DNA from: Laetmonice hystrix | Taxonomy: Eukaryota | Length of the DNA stretch: 64,000 bases | Reading direction: 5' to 3' | Assembly (NCBI GenBank): GCA_965235115.1 | Contig: OZ249450.1 | Span: 12,896,001 to 12,960,000, forward strand | Shown here: positions 1 through 11,149 of the stretch, piece after piece | Layout: each line of letters starts with the position of its first letter | How positions within the stretch are numbered: position 1 is the first letter of the stretch | Position numbers and translations under genes: made by a program | The notes under the pieces: generated by a model | Seen by the model: the letters and a program-made list of their open reading frames with translations, nothing else | What the model was told of the DNA's origin: nothing | Databases searched by the model: none

Positions 1-304
1 AATCATTGTCAACCTCCCCATTATAGATCTCAGGGCTGTCTGGCCTGGGTAAAGTGTACCTGTATATTCTCTCTGGACCGTCAATTGCATCGAGGCAGCC
101 GAAGCTAAATCTCACCCAAAAAAAAATTGTATTGAAAACATTCATTGGAGGAGACCCCCGCCACATGAACGAATCGCATCTTCGGCACTCGCCTCGGCCA
201 AATTCCCTTCAAATTTACGGCCTCTGTATATTCTAGATGAACAGTTTGGGACAGGGTATGAGTAGGGAAACTTCACGCCAGCCACTTGAGGAAGAGAAAC
301 ATAC

Positions 305-334
305 CAAAACCTGCGAAATGTAATTCGCCGACAT
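305..334 (-). other. candidate first coding exon of an unidentified gene running off the left edge (MSANYISQVL, phase 0)
   Basis: Minus strand reads agaaaATGTCGGCGAATTACATTTCGCAGGTTTTG|GTATGT: A-rich start context, then a good donor. A palindromic CRE site (TGACGTCA, 489-496) lies about 150 nt upstream. No in-window second exon keeps the frame open. Confidence 0.25.
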
Positions 335-1122
335 TTTCTGGATATCCACCTCGTTGTCTCCAAAAGAAATACTCAATAGAGTAGTGACAGCAAGAAGTTG
401 TGTAAAGGTGTCGCTTGCCGAAGGGGCATTTTTTATCGCATCCTAGTTGCTCTTCTTTTGCCTTTACTCGTCACTGATTACTAATTGCTGACGTCACGCG
501 TCGAATCTTACCTAACGATCGTCACCGCTACTTGATCGAGTTTCCCACCTTTCAGTATTGTTGTTTACGCGATCTCTGTATAACGCGGCATTCACAACGA
601 CAAAATTGGCAGGATCTACTTAACCACTTCATAAAGTGGTCCTAGTTTATTGACGCAACCAAATATGCCCCTATGTGATAGGTGTTGTATCTAGGGAGGC
701 CAGTGTCCCAGGTATAGAAGCGGGTCAGTATGATCAGTCATCTGTCCAATACAGTTGTACATGTACTTCATGGTCCACTGGGAGAGGCGAGCCACAGCCC
801 CGTGTAGGCGGAGCAACTCCGGCTCGTCTCTAGCTCGACAATGCCGGAGGTTAAGGTTAATCACAGTAAATCGTTATTATTGTTAACCAAGGATGCAATA
901 CGGAACTACCGGTGGGTCATTTTCAATACTTACATTATGTAAAAAATGTGGCAGGCGGCCAGGATTGGATACGTTGATTATGAGGTCAACGAATTTGGCA
1001 AAAGAATGCAATATGTTCTTCTTTGCAAAGTCATTCTGAAGCGTCACTCCTTGTTTTTAACCTGTAAAGTGTTTTAACATGTGTAAACTATATGGTGTAT
1101 CGTAGTTCACGGTTCACTGTGT

Positions 1123-1206
1123 CTGCTACTGCTGTTGTTGTTTTTGTTTGTTGTTGTTGCTGCTGCTGTTGTTTGTTGTGGTGGTTGTTGTTGCTGCTGT
1201 TGCTGC
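1123..1206. repeat. imperfect (GTT/GCT)n trinucleotide microsatellite
   Basis: Run of ctg/gtt/gct triplets; produces the poly-Q/poly-V/poly-C mini-ORFs in the track. Confidence 0.85.
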
Positions 1207-1517
1207 ATCATGTACCCATCCCCGGCGACCTTCGGTTTATTCTCACCCTGTAGATGGGTGTTTCGCGCAAAAACTAGTTTTTCCCTGGCATGTAGCAAGA
1301 TTATCTGGATTCCCGTGTGACGTCTTTAACATTAAATATACGTCAGATATTGTGACAAGGTAATGGTATCTGGACCTTGACGAGGTCACGTTTAGAGTCA
1401 TGTAGGCCTATATATAGGTGTACCCATTCCCAACGCCTAGCGTGTCCGAACGTCTTCAGCGTCTTTGGTCGACATTACGTAAATGGCAGCAAGCACCGGT
1501 CTCAAGTGACAAAACAG

Positions 1518-2739
1518 GTAAGTGATCTTTGCTGGCTACATCAAAGAACAAGGTTGTACTGATACAAAGAAATGATGGACACACAAAGACATCAAACATC
1601 GAGGGTGCAAACCCTGGGCATGTGATTTCAGCTGTAGCGACAATGACCATGTAAACTATATCCATTAATATTAGGTGCTTGGTAAGAATTTCTTTTCACT
1701 ATGTGATATAGGGCGTAGACTCATGTTTAAAGTACGTTTTGACTTTAGACCGGTATGTATACTGTAGGCCTACTTGCGTCCATATACAGGGATTCGGATC
1801 TGATGCATTGGTTTATAACATGTAGAAGTTTACAGGTGGCTGGAATGCTACCATATGTAGTTCTGTGGTTCTTTATTTGAACTAAGATTTGCCTAAATAT
1901 CTCGTTTATGACTGGAGGTCGTAACTAACCCCTTTCGAGGCTCAAAATTAAAACAGGGTGTTGTAAATACTCAGGGGCTGAACCTACTAACTTCGGGGAA
2001 AGCAATACGTGCTCCTGAGCAATCAGCGATAGGCCAACTGCTGCATAGCGTGCTGCAAAAAGTGAAACGACGAATTGGCAGTTAAAGCAATCAGAAAGTG
2101 TCTCTCATTTCAATGACTCCAAGATGCAGACATGGGCTGTTAGGTTAGCTTAGACTACGTAAGCCAATCAATGTAATGTATACCGACAGAAATGGAGAAA
2201 TCGGTTGATATTTAACATTCCAGTGCCGTTGTCGCCATGAAGCGAACGGCTCATGGTTGGTTGTTGACCTGGCATTGACTTGAACAGCTAGTGAAATTCT
2301 TTGGTTCATCGCCTGGTGAATTTTACTTCAAGTCAATACCATGTCAACTATTTTGTCAACAACCGGCGATAAAACTATAGCGGAAATGTTTGACAAATCG
2401 AGTATTGAAAAGTGCCAATGCCATTCGCTATCTCTCGACAAATCTCTAGCCGGCCCGGAATAGCGAGGCATGGACGGGACGGCCACGCTGTCTATAACAC
2501 AGATCTGATCTCTAGATGGTATCGTGTCTGTACTGAGTAGGTTATTGTAAATTGACGTTCTGGCTATAGTAGACTACAGACAATGAATGAGAGAGAGGGC
2601 TGAGTTTCAATTTTTGTTCAACATGCTGAGCAGCATGTTTTATTAGGGGATCTTGATGTTTTCACATGCTTGTACTATTAATCTGATTCTTTATGTTATT
2701 TATTAACCTAGTTTATTATTATTTTTTTGTTATTTCTAG
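1518..2739 (+). other. candidate 5'-UTR intron of GPCR1
   Basis: Consensus donor CAG|GTAAGT at 1518. T-rich tract ending tttctAG at 2739. TATA-like ctatatatag near 1408. The pairing of these sites is inferred. Confidence 0.35.
2259..2364. other. imperfect long hairpin (inverted repeat)
   Basis: gttgacctggcattgacttgaa (2263-2284) pairs 20/22 with ttcaagtcaataccatgtcaac (2327-2348). An inner agtgaaattc/gaattttact stem and an outer ggttgttgac/gtcaacaacc match are also present. Confidence 0.7.
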
Positions 2740-3041
2740 GAGGGCTGGCGTTTGGACACTTTAAGATATAGACTAGGCCAATGAAGTTCTCTGGTGATAT
2801 GTTGTGGAGGATATCCATTGAAAAAGACTTCTAGGAATTTTCTGTTAGAGAGGACTCTACTTCTGCATGAATTGATCTTCATTCCGTCAACGAGGAAGCG
2901 GAGTATTTTGTACGTGGCATCTGAAAAAGAAAACATTTGTTAATATTAAAAACCACGAAGGTAAAAGAAAGGAGAGAAGCAGAAACGGAAACTGACCCAA
3001 GGAACACGCGTATTTCACAAGAAATAAATACACACCCGGTG

Positions 3042-4202
3042 ATGACAGATTATAACGTCACGCACACAGAGATAGTAAGAGGAAGTGACGTCACAGAGTG
3101 GCAGTACCCGACAACCTCGTTTACAGTCGTCCACGGGTTCGACGATTTACTCAATACGTCAACCAATCTCTCAGCTACCGGGGCGACACCTGGTGTCGGG
3201 GTTAACCAGTATGATGCCTTGCAACACGTGATGTTGTTCTACGTCCCGTTCATCATGCTGTTTGGAACGTTTGGAAATATTCTTAGTGCTACTGTCATGG
3301 CCAGAAAAACATTTCGCAGGATACCCATGTCAGTGTACCTTTTTGCCCTGGCTGTGTTTGATACAGTGTTTCTGTTTGCAAATGCCACATTTAGGATGTG
3401 GGTAGGGCTTGTTTTCAATGTTCAATTTAGTCAGATCAGCTCGTGGGGCTGTAAGATTTATGTTTACCTGCTCTACTCGTCTAAAAGTATAAGTTCCTGG
3501 CTGATCGTGGCGGTGACTGTAGAACGAGCCATCGTGATTGCACTGCCGCACAAGTCTCGGGTGTTGTCCACCAGGCGGCGCTCTCTGTACGTCGTGGCGG
3601 CGCTCGTCTCGTGTGGGATGTTGTATTTTATCTGTATGTTATACTCGTTCGATTTGGTGCAGACCTCACTTACTAAGACGCCTCTGTGTTACATCCGAGA
3701 CAAAACAACCTTCAACGTCCTTCATGTCATTGACGTCTTTTTATACACTGGAATTCCTTTCGTCATATTGATTGCTGCAAACTCCATTTTGGTTCGGTCG
3801 CTTTTCAACCGCGTTGCAACTACCAAAAATATATCCACCCGAGGGAACCCTTCCCAAAATCTACGTGTTACCTTGTTAGTTTTATTAATAAACTGTGCGT
3901 TTATTGTGCTGACCCTGCCAATGGGAGTTATAAATCTGCTCATATCATTTAATATCGTTGTATATGAGGAGGTGTTCCCAATATGGGTATCTCTCTATAT
4001 TGTCAACGTTACAAACCATGGGCTGAACTTTGTCTTCTATTGCATCAGCGGGCCAATGTTCCGGAAAGAAGTTCTCGAGCTTTGTTCAAAATCCCGAAGT
4101 CGCTCCTATACGCCCAATCCGTCTTGTAGGTCGTCAACTATATCGACCTTTTCGTCTGGTGTTTTTTCTGTCTCGGAGACGATGGGCACATGGAAGATAT
4201 AG
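3042..4202 (+). CDS. class A (rhodopsin-like) GPCR, FMRFamide/neuropeptide-receptor-like, 386 aa, intronless CDS (GPCR1)
   Basis: Seven hydrophobic segments. TM1 GTFGN, TM2 LAVFD, ECL1 WGC, TM3 VERA (DRY variant), ECL2 Cys (LCYI), TM5 IPF, TM6 FxxxTLP, TM7 NHGLNFVFY, helix 8 FRKE. N-terminal sequons NVT/NTS/NLS. First ATG is at 3042; the ORF track starts at an upstream TTG. Confidence 0.95.
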   Translation: MTDYNVTHTEIVRGSDVTEWQYPTTSFTVVHGFDDLLNTSTNLSATGATPGVGVNQYDALQHVMLFYVPFIMLFGTFGNILSATVMARKTFRRIPMSVYLFALAVFDTVFLFANATFRMWVGLVFNVQFSQISSWGCKIYVYLLYSSKSISSWLIVAVTVERAIVIALPHKSRVLSTRRRSLYVVAALVSCGMLYFICMLYSFDLVQTSLTKTPLCYIRDKTTFNVLHVIDVFLYTGIPFVILIAANSILVRSLFNRVATTKNISTRGNPSQNLRVTLLVLLINCAFIVLTLPMGVINLLISFNIVVYEEVFPIWVSLYIVNVTNHGLNFVFYCISGPMFRKEVLELCSKSRSRSYTPNPSCRSSTISTFSSGVFSVSETMGTWKI

Positions 4203-5444
4203 TCATTGGATGTCAGAGAAAACATGCAATGGCATCGTAACTGTGACACAAGCGAAGGGGACGTCTGGTCAGATGTCTGGTCAGGCATAAAGTTCGCTTC
4301 AAGATTTGACATTCTGCCACCTGCAAGCTGTTCCTATATCGCGTGCAGCATTACTGAAGTTGTGAGGGGATTGGGTTACATTGCCTTCTACGTGTTAAGA
4401 TGGTCTACCAACTTCAAAAAGTCCCAGGACCACAACTTTATTTGACAGCTCTCCGATTTCTGCATATGTGCTATAATTCCATCGAAATGAGTACCCTACC
4501 GGGCCGTTGCAGAATATTTCAACAGAATTTATTTGGTATTTATATTAGTACTATAGGTATTGTGTAGTTGCGGTGATATGTAAATGAGAGGAATTCATTA
4601 TAATTGTGGAAGGGCCCTTGCATGAAACGATCGCAAATTCTAATGTATCAGTTGGAATACAGATCGTAAGTGTGCAGTAAATTTCTGGATCTTAATAATA
4701 AATAATTAATAAAATCCTCTTTGTTCTGATGATTGAATCTGTAAATAATAATATTCTGCACATAGTGCTCCCATTCTATATCTTCCCAGTTTACCCCCGT
4801 AACTTTCAACCGCAGTTATTTTTTGAATTCGGCCAAGGTATAATTCTCCCGGAGAATTGTCCTACGGTGGCGTTTTCTCAAGGGTGGCAGTCCTTCGGAG
4901 TCATTGTATCCGGACGGTTTTCCTGCCACTGTTACATTTATTGCATCATCGTTTTTGTGAATAACAGAAATAGACATTGACAGAAATTTTACTTGACGCT
5001 TACGATAAAAGAACGGCGTGTAGGGTTAATTGAAGGGGTGTATACTGGATCGTTGCCGGGGGGGGGGGGGGGGGTGAGGGATGTGGAGGTGACTATATGG
5101 TTATTATATATTTATTTATTATTTATGTATTTTATTATTTTTTATCTTCTATAAAGAGAGAAAATGTGTGTCTACTTTAGAGAGAGAGAAACGTTTTTAT
5201 TATTTTTTTGGAGTTAATTGGCTAGGTGATATGGAAGTCGATTGATCTGCCTGAGAGCATTTAGAGGGCCACCCTCCTCTATTTATGCGGATGTTTCCCA
5301 GTGTTCAGGGAGAGTGGCTGCACGGCTTTGTGAACTCCCAACTAAAGTGGATGTATGCATGCGCACAATTTATCATGTGACGGACAAAGGTAGAGCTTCA
5401 GGTATCGAAGCCTCTGCGCATGTCTCCGGGCTCCAATATATCTG

Positions 5445-5609
5445 TATAAATATCGGTTCGCCCACCTGAAATATCTCGGCAACACAGGGCGTTGTTTCAG
5501 AATGCTAGAGGGAACGCATCACTTTACAGTTTAGAGACGACTTGCTATTGTTTTACGTCCACATAAAATCAAAAGAAGATTTCAGCGCGTTTTTTGATTG
5601 CAAATATAG
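5445..5609 (+). promoter_or_regulatory. candidate TATA promoter plus non-coding first exon of GPCR2
   Basis: TATAAATA at 5445-5452. Donor TAG|GTAAGT at 5610. A matching strong acceptor (gttttcttctttcacAG, 8287) sits immediately before the GPCR2 ATG. The link between them is inferred. Confidence 0.4.
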
Positions 5610-5930
5610 GTAAGTGATAATTCTTCTTAGAGTAAAATCGTCAACTCGAGATATCGAAAGATTTTAAAACATTGACACAGCAGGACGTGAAAATATACAA
5701 AAAAGTCTGAAAACATTGACACAGTATTCAATAACACGAGTCTTGTTCATACTGGAAGTGATGGCACTTGAAATGTCTCCGCGCACTCAGTTGAGATCAG
5801 TGAAAAACTTTAAACAAAAACTGGCAGCACATGGAACAATTATGAATCTATAATATTCTATGCAAACCATCACAAACTGTTTATCTTGTACTGTTTGGAA
5901 CAGTTCTCTGCTCCTGTTGTGTACTGTACA

Positions 5931-6167
5931 GTTGCAAAATCCCGGATGTAGCCCCCCAGTTGCAAAATCCTGGATGTAGGCCCTCCCAGTTGCAAAATCC
6001 TGGATGTAGGCCCTCCCAGTTGCAAAACCCTGGATGTCGCCCCCAGTTGCAAAATCCTGGATGCCGCCCCCAGTTGCAAAATCCTGGATGTAGCCCCCCC
6101 CCCCCAGTTGCAAAATCCTAGACATAACCCCCCCTCCCCCAGTTGCAAAATCCTGGATCCGCCCCTG
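5931..6167. repeat. 8-copy ~30-bp tandem array ending in a MITE-type terminus
   Basis: Unit is a C-tract plus agttgcaaaatcctggatg(t/c)(a/c)g. The last copy ends ctggatccgcccctg, the reverse complement of the common CAGGGGCGGATCCAG invertebrate MITE end. Confidence 0.85.
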
Positions 6168-6764
6168 GCTTCCCCCTCACTTTTCTTACAGTGATTACCG
6201 TTGATACGTCGTATGACCCACTATTGCATATTTTGGGAAATGACCCCCAGCAAACTCGTCCGGTAGAGTTTTTGGGGGCTGATAGTAACAGCGCAGTGTG
6301 ATCGGTTAGTTTTGCGCTATTGCATGCCAGGAAGCAGGACTGAAACTTTGAAAGTATTCCTCTCGAAGGTGTTTGCTTAGAAATTTTTTTATATTTGTCT
6401 CTTAATCATTATATTTGTCTCTTAATCATTGTATCGAGGCTCACGATTCAATTTTTTGTAACTCAAGCTCGACTAAAGGCCCAGGACTGAAACTTTGAAA
6501 GCTCGACTAAAAGTTTTATATTTGTATCTTAATCATTGTGTCGAGGCTCATGATTCAATTTTATATAACTTAATGGCCTCAGGTTAGATAAGTTGATCTT
6601 TATTTTAAAATGCAAGTGTTCATTTGCAAAGGTGAAGTTCAAATTTCTGTGGGACTGATCTGAAATATGCAGCTTCCATTCATATTTTCCGGGTCGACTG
6701 TATATATCGAGGGAGTATATAGAGTAATAACTTATAGATCTTAGGTAATCGAATTAAAAAGTCC

Positions 6765-6975
6765 TTTTTTACATTTGTCGTAAAAGTTTTTCACATAATG
6801 TAGTAAAATATTTTTTTCACATTCAGCGTAAATTATTTTTACATTTGACGGAAGGTAGTTTTTACATATGCGGTAGATTTTTTCACATTTGACGGACGTT
6901 TTCACGTTTGTCGTAAATATTTGTTACATATGACGGCGTTTTTACATTTAGCGGAATTTTTACATTTGAGGGTGC
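6765..6975. repeat. degenerate ~22-25-bp tandem repeat (ttttacat(t/a)tg.cg core)
   Basis: About 8-9 recurrences of tttt(c)acat.(t/a)g.cg at irregular spacing. Confidence 0.55.
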
Positions 6976-8287
6976 AACACACGTTGTTATGTTCAACAAA
7001 TCCCAGTACTGGTTATTAAGAGTACATCTTGGTGTCAGGAGTAGAGGAGCACAACCATTGGGTTAGCCTGTTACCACCTTTTAAAGTGAACAAATACATG
7101 TTTCAAAATTACGTGAAGGCCTACCAATTTTCTCGTTCACTGAAGCAGTTACTGTGACTGGATGTCAGTTGTTCTCACCGTTGGATCCAAGTCCCCGCTG
7201 GACACAAAGTCTGTCTCACACCAGGGCCGTAGCTAGCGGGAGGGGGGCGTGGGGGGGGGGGGGGGGCAGCTGCCCTATGTGAACCCCAGAAAATTGTTCT
7301 GAGACCCCCCTGGCTGGGTGGGAAAATTAGATGCTCGCGGAGAAGAGTTATGTGCGAGGCGACACGAAAACCGCCGATTTCCAACAATATGCACCGATTC
7401 CCCACAAATCGTTCCGACACGATTACACATCACACATTACGATTTCCTACGACACGACAAGACAAACGGTCGTACGAGAGAAAAAATTTCAACATGATGA
7501 AACACCACGATACGCCAGAAAATTTATTCTGTCTTGTCGTATCTCACATATTCTTGTCGTGTCGTTAGAAAATCGTGTAGTGTGAGGTAGGCTTTAGGCA
7601 AAGCAAGTTTCACATTGAATTGCTAGAATGGATCCATTTCGCCCTTTTCATCACTTTGAGCTCGTTGGTTCCGAAACCATCGCGGAATTGTCATTTCGCA
7701 CAAAGCCATGCCACATTGCAAAATACTCTTCTTTTACCAGAACTTCGCGCCAACTAAAATATCGGAACGTTAGGCGCCATAATCCGAGTAAATGATGTAT
7801 GTGTTAATGTGGTTTCACTGACGCCATTTTTGAAACTTTTTGTTGTTGGCTCACGACTCTTTTGTACGTTAGACCGTACTGGAGATATATAACATAGATC
7901 ATTTTCACGTATCAATACAAGTAATTCAGCTTGGATATTATATCCCATGCAACATTTATTATATCGCCGTTTAGAATAAGGACTCGGTCCCGGCGCCAGG
8001 TCCTATATCACACCATTGTGTCTGCAAACTAAGCCATTTTTGTCATCTCATTTATAGTAAGTTAATAAATGTATTGCGATATATAGCTGTGAAACACATA
8101 GTGGGAGGGGGCCCATTCCCCTTGTTTTTAACATGGCTGGGGGTCCCGCAGCCCCCTAAGTGTCTTGTCTTTTTTCACCACCAATGCAACCAGGCCATAG
8201 AACTAATCCTCTGGGTCCTCATCATATGTCTATACAGCGCAAAATTGCTTCCTTATGTTGAAGTATCGATGTTTTCTTCTTTCACAG

Positions 8288-9454
8288 ATGATGGCAAACT
8301 ACAGCGTAACCGAATCGTTAACGATGGCACCAACTGGTGACGAGAACACATCGTGGACCTCGGCCTTGGTGATCGTCACGGAAGGCCTCAAGGTGGCGCA
8401 CAACGATTCAGGCAATCTCTCAGCTACACAGGCGCCACCTAGCGTCGGCCCTGGGAAATACGGCACCTTGCAGTACGTTATGTTGTTCTACGTTCCGTTT
8501 ATTATTCTATTCGGAACCTTTGGGAATGTTCTGAGTGGAATTGTCATGATGAGAAAAACCTTTCGGAAGATTCCAATGTCAGTTTATCTGGTCAGTCTGG
8601 CTGTGTTTGACACCGTCTTTCTGTTTGCGAATGCCATGTTCCGCATGTGGGTCGGACTGCTGTTTAACGTACAGTTTAGTCAGATCAGCTCGTGGGGCTG
8701 TAAGATTTATGTTTACCTGCTCTACTCGTCTAAAAGTATAAGTTCCTGGCTGATCGTGGCGGTGACTGTAGAACGAGCCATCGTGATTGCACTGCCGCAC
8801 AAGTCTCGGGTGTTGTCCACCAGGCGGCGCTCTCTGTACGTCGTGGCGGCGCTCGTCTCGTGCGGGATGTTGTATTTTATCTGTATGTTGTACTCGTTCG
8901 AACTGGTGAAAACTGAACATACGAAGGAGGCTCTGTGTTACATCCGGGACAGAAAAACCTTCAACGTCCTTCACGTCATTGACGTCTTTTTGTACACCCT
9001 CATTCCGTTCGTCATGCTGATTGTTGCAAACTCCGTTTTGGTTTGGTCTCTTTGCAACCGTGCTGCATTTCCTGGGAAAACGACAACCGACGCCTCAACT
9101 CAGATGCAGACGACTCGCGTCACGGTCCTAGTTTTGACGATAAGCTGCGCATTTATCACCCTCACGCTGCCCATGGGGGTAATAAATCTACTTTTGTCGT
9201 TCGGAGTCGTTATGTACGAAAAGGTCTTTCCGGTATGGGTGGCGCTATATCTAACAAACGTCACCAACCATGGCGTCAACTTCGTGTTCTTCTGCCTTAG
9301 CGGACCCATGTTTCGGAAGGAGGTTTTGGAGCTGTTTTCAAAGTGTCGCCCTCGTATCCGCGGACACTTTTTGGACAGCAAGTCGTCCAGCCAACCAACC
9401 CTTGACTCCGCCGTACCGTCCGTATCTGGAAATGTGAGTGCCGTCGAGATTTAA
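8288..9454 (+). CDS. class A GPCR, paralog of GPCR1, 388 aa, intronless CDS (GPCR2)
   Basis: Same motif set: GTFGN, LAVFD, WGCK, VERA, LCYI, IPF, TLP, NHGVNFVFF, FRKE. Sequons NYS/NTS/NDS/NLS. ATG ATG directly follows a splice acceptor at 8287. Confidence 0.95.
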   Translation: MMANYSVTESLTMAPTGDENTSWTSALVIVTEGLKVAHNDSGNLSATQAPPSVGPGKYGTLQYVMLFYVPFIILFGTFGNVLSGIVMMRKTFRKIPMSVYLVSLAVFDTVFLFANAMFRMWVGLLFNVQFSQISSWGCKIYVYLLYSSKSISSWLIVAVTVERAIVIALPHKSRVLSTRRRSLYVVAALVSCGMLYFICMLYSFELVKTEHTKEALCYIRDRKTFNVLHVIDVFLYTLIPFVMLIVANSVLVWSLCNRAAFPGKTTTDASTQMQTTRVTVLVLTISCAFITLTLPMGVINLLLSFGVVMYEKVFPVWVALYLTNVTNHGVNFVFFCLSGPMFRKEVLELFSKCRPRIRGHFLDSKSSSQPTLDSAVPSVSGNVSAVEI

Positions 9455-9630
9455 CATTGGAACACTGTATGGGCGTTTGTTATTGAAGGCTAACCTATAA
9501 CTCTTATGTTCCGTGGAACAGATTGATTTTGTTGGTTACTAAACAATCTAACATGTATTGTGTTTACTTGTTGTATTAGAAGACAGGTTTCATCCCTATG
9601 CGCACGCAAAAGTGTTGATTTGTTAACGAC

Positions 9631-9872
9631 TGTATAGGCACTTTTCGACTGCATGCAGGGAGGCAGTTTTCCATGCAGTTTTTTGATGATCTAAAACCAA
9701 CACATTTCGGATGTTGGGGTCAAAGTAATGATCATTTTCCAGATCACGAGGTATTCCTTTCACAGATTCTATGGCTTTCACTGTGTTACACATCGTAGGG
9801 ACGTACCAGTAGAGCACCAGAAAACTATGTGAAAAACTGCCTCTCTGCATGCAGTCGAAAAGTGCCTTTACA
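9631..9872. mobile_element. MITE-like element with ~40-bp inverted repeats
   Basis: aggcacttttcgactgcatgcagggaggcagtttt (from 9636) and aaaactgcctctctgcatgcagtcgaaaagtgcct (to 9867) are reverse complements with 1 mismatch over 35 nt; the match extends to tgta/taca. Confidence 0.75.
9683..9772 (-). pseudogene. fragment of Maverick/Polinton (adintovirus)-type packaging ATPase, Walker B region
   Basis: Reads IESVKGIPRDLENDHYFDPNIRNVLVLDHQ. As recalled, invertebrate Maverick ATPases read IEFVKGIPxxLExDxYFDxNxRNLIVxDDQM. The second Walker B Asp appears to be His (GAT>CAT). No Walker A is present. Confidence 0.65.
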
Positions 9873-10900
9873 ACACTTCTTCATGTGGTTCATTTGCGCA
9901 TAACTGCATGTGTGCGCACAGAGATAAGTATACATCATATATTATATTCTGGCGTGTGAACATTACGTGGATCTGATTGATTAACTAGACATTAATAATG
10001 ATCCTGCGATAATTTTAAGAATTGATATAGGCCTATAGGCCTATCGTCATGTTGTGGATATTATATTCGTTTTAAATTTTGAAGTGTCCAGCCGCTGCAG
10101 TATTGCATAAAGAATGTTGTATGCTTATTAAATATAATATAACTATTATTTTTGATAGTTTTGCATGTAGTGGTCTGCAGTTGAAATATTCATCAGCCCA
10201 ACGCTGGTTATTTTTGGTGGAGGATCCGCATAGATAGGACAATGTATGTATTGATATTATATGTCATTATGCGAATAAAGTTTCCTCAAGGCGCGAATTC
10301 TGAGAACACCAACACTAATCATGCTGAATTTCACTTTCATCCAAAGCGCTCAGCAAGTCTGCTCCAAATATCGCCGAAAAATGAAGCCTGTATAAGAGGT
10401 AAATATTTTTCATACAACATGTTGATCATTTCATCATTGTATTTCAGATTTTAATGAAGTGTCACGCCATCAGAATAACAAAATTCCAAAGAGACATTTT
10501 CTTCATTTTCTGCCGACTTGCCTCCTTAATACGTGACACAGATAACGAGAAACGTGAGGTAATTATTGGACAGTTTTACATGGCGATATTAGCTAGCAAA
10601 ATGTTATTATTCTGGAGTTGTGTTTTTCTAATTAGCTGTCCAGCTAGCTGTCAGTATGATACAGTGATCTGAATGATCTCACCTCCAGCTCTTCATTTCT
10701 CTACATGTATTTTCCATTAACAGACCGATGTGACCTTTTAGTTAAATAATTTTCCCCATTAATACATTTAAGGCTTACTAACGAGCAACAAATCTGCTGC
10801 CTTAATTTACTTTAAGTATAAATAGACCTAACCATGGATATTTCTTAGGGTTTAAGTCTAAGTTTAAGTGATAAGGGGGGAATTGAACTTAAGATGTGGC

Positions 10901-11037
10901 NNNNNNNNNNNNNNNNNNNNNNNNNNNNNNNNNNNNNNNNNNNNNNNNNNNNNNNNNNNNNNNNNNNNNNNNNNNNNNNNNNNNNNNNNNNNNNNNNNNN
11001 NNNNNNNNNNNNNNNNNNNNNNNNNNNNNNNNNNNNN
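10901..11037. other. assembly gap (137 N)
   Basis: Run of n characters. Confidence 1.
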
Positions 11038-11149
11038 AGAGGGGGAGAGAGAGAGCAGCTCCCGAACCGACACTCCATCAAGCGACGAACAGCGACAGAG
11101 ACCCCCCCCCCCCCCTCCGCCTCCGGCTGCGAGACCCGCTAGATTAGCC

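Noticed and set aside
2937-3041. N-terminal extensions of ORF-track calls (2937, 8255, 61354)
   Set aside because: They start at TTG. For GPCR2 and MGAT3 they also run through clear splice acceptors. First ATGs were used instead.
7340-7600. Possible MITE with acga/tcgt-rich interior ending gtgtagtgtgaggtaggcttta
   Set aside because: Only one plausible terminus found; no matching TIR or TSD.
8579-8974. Antisense and alternate-frame ORFs over the GPCRs and MGAT3
   Set aside because: Shadow ORFs of real coding sequence with no recognisable motifs.
10242-10672. Apparent exon-intron-exon pattern (donor ~10399, acceptor ~10448, donor ~10558)
   Set aside because: Joined peptides are unrecognisable or hit an early stop; cannot be distinguished from chance splice-like sites in AT-rich DNA.
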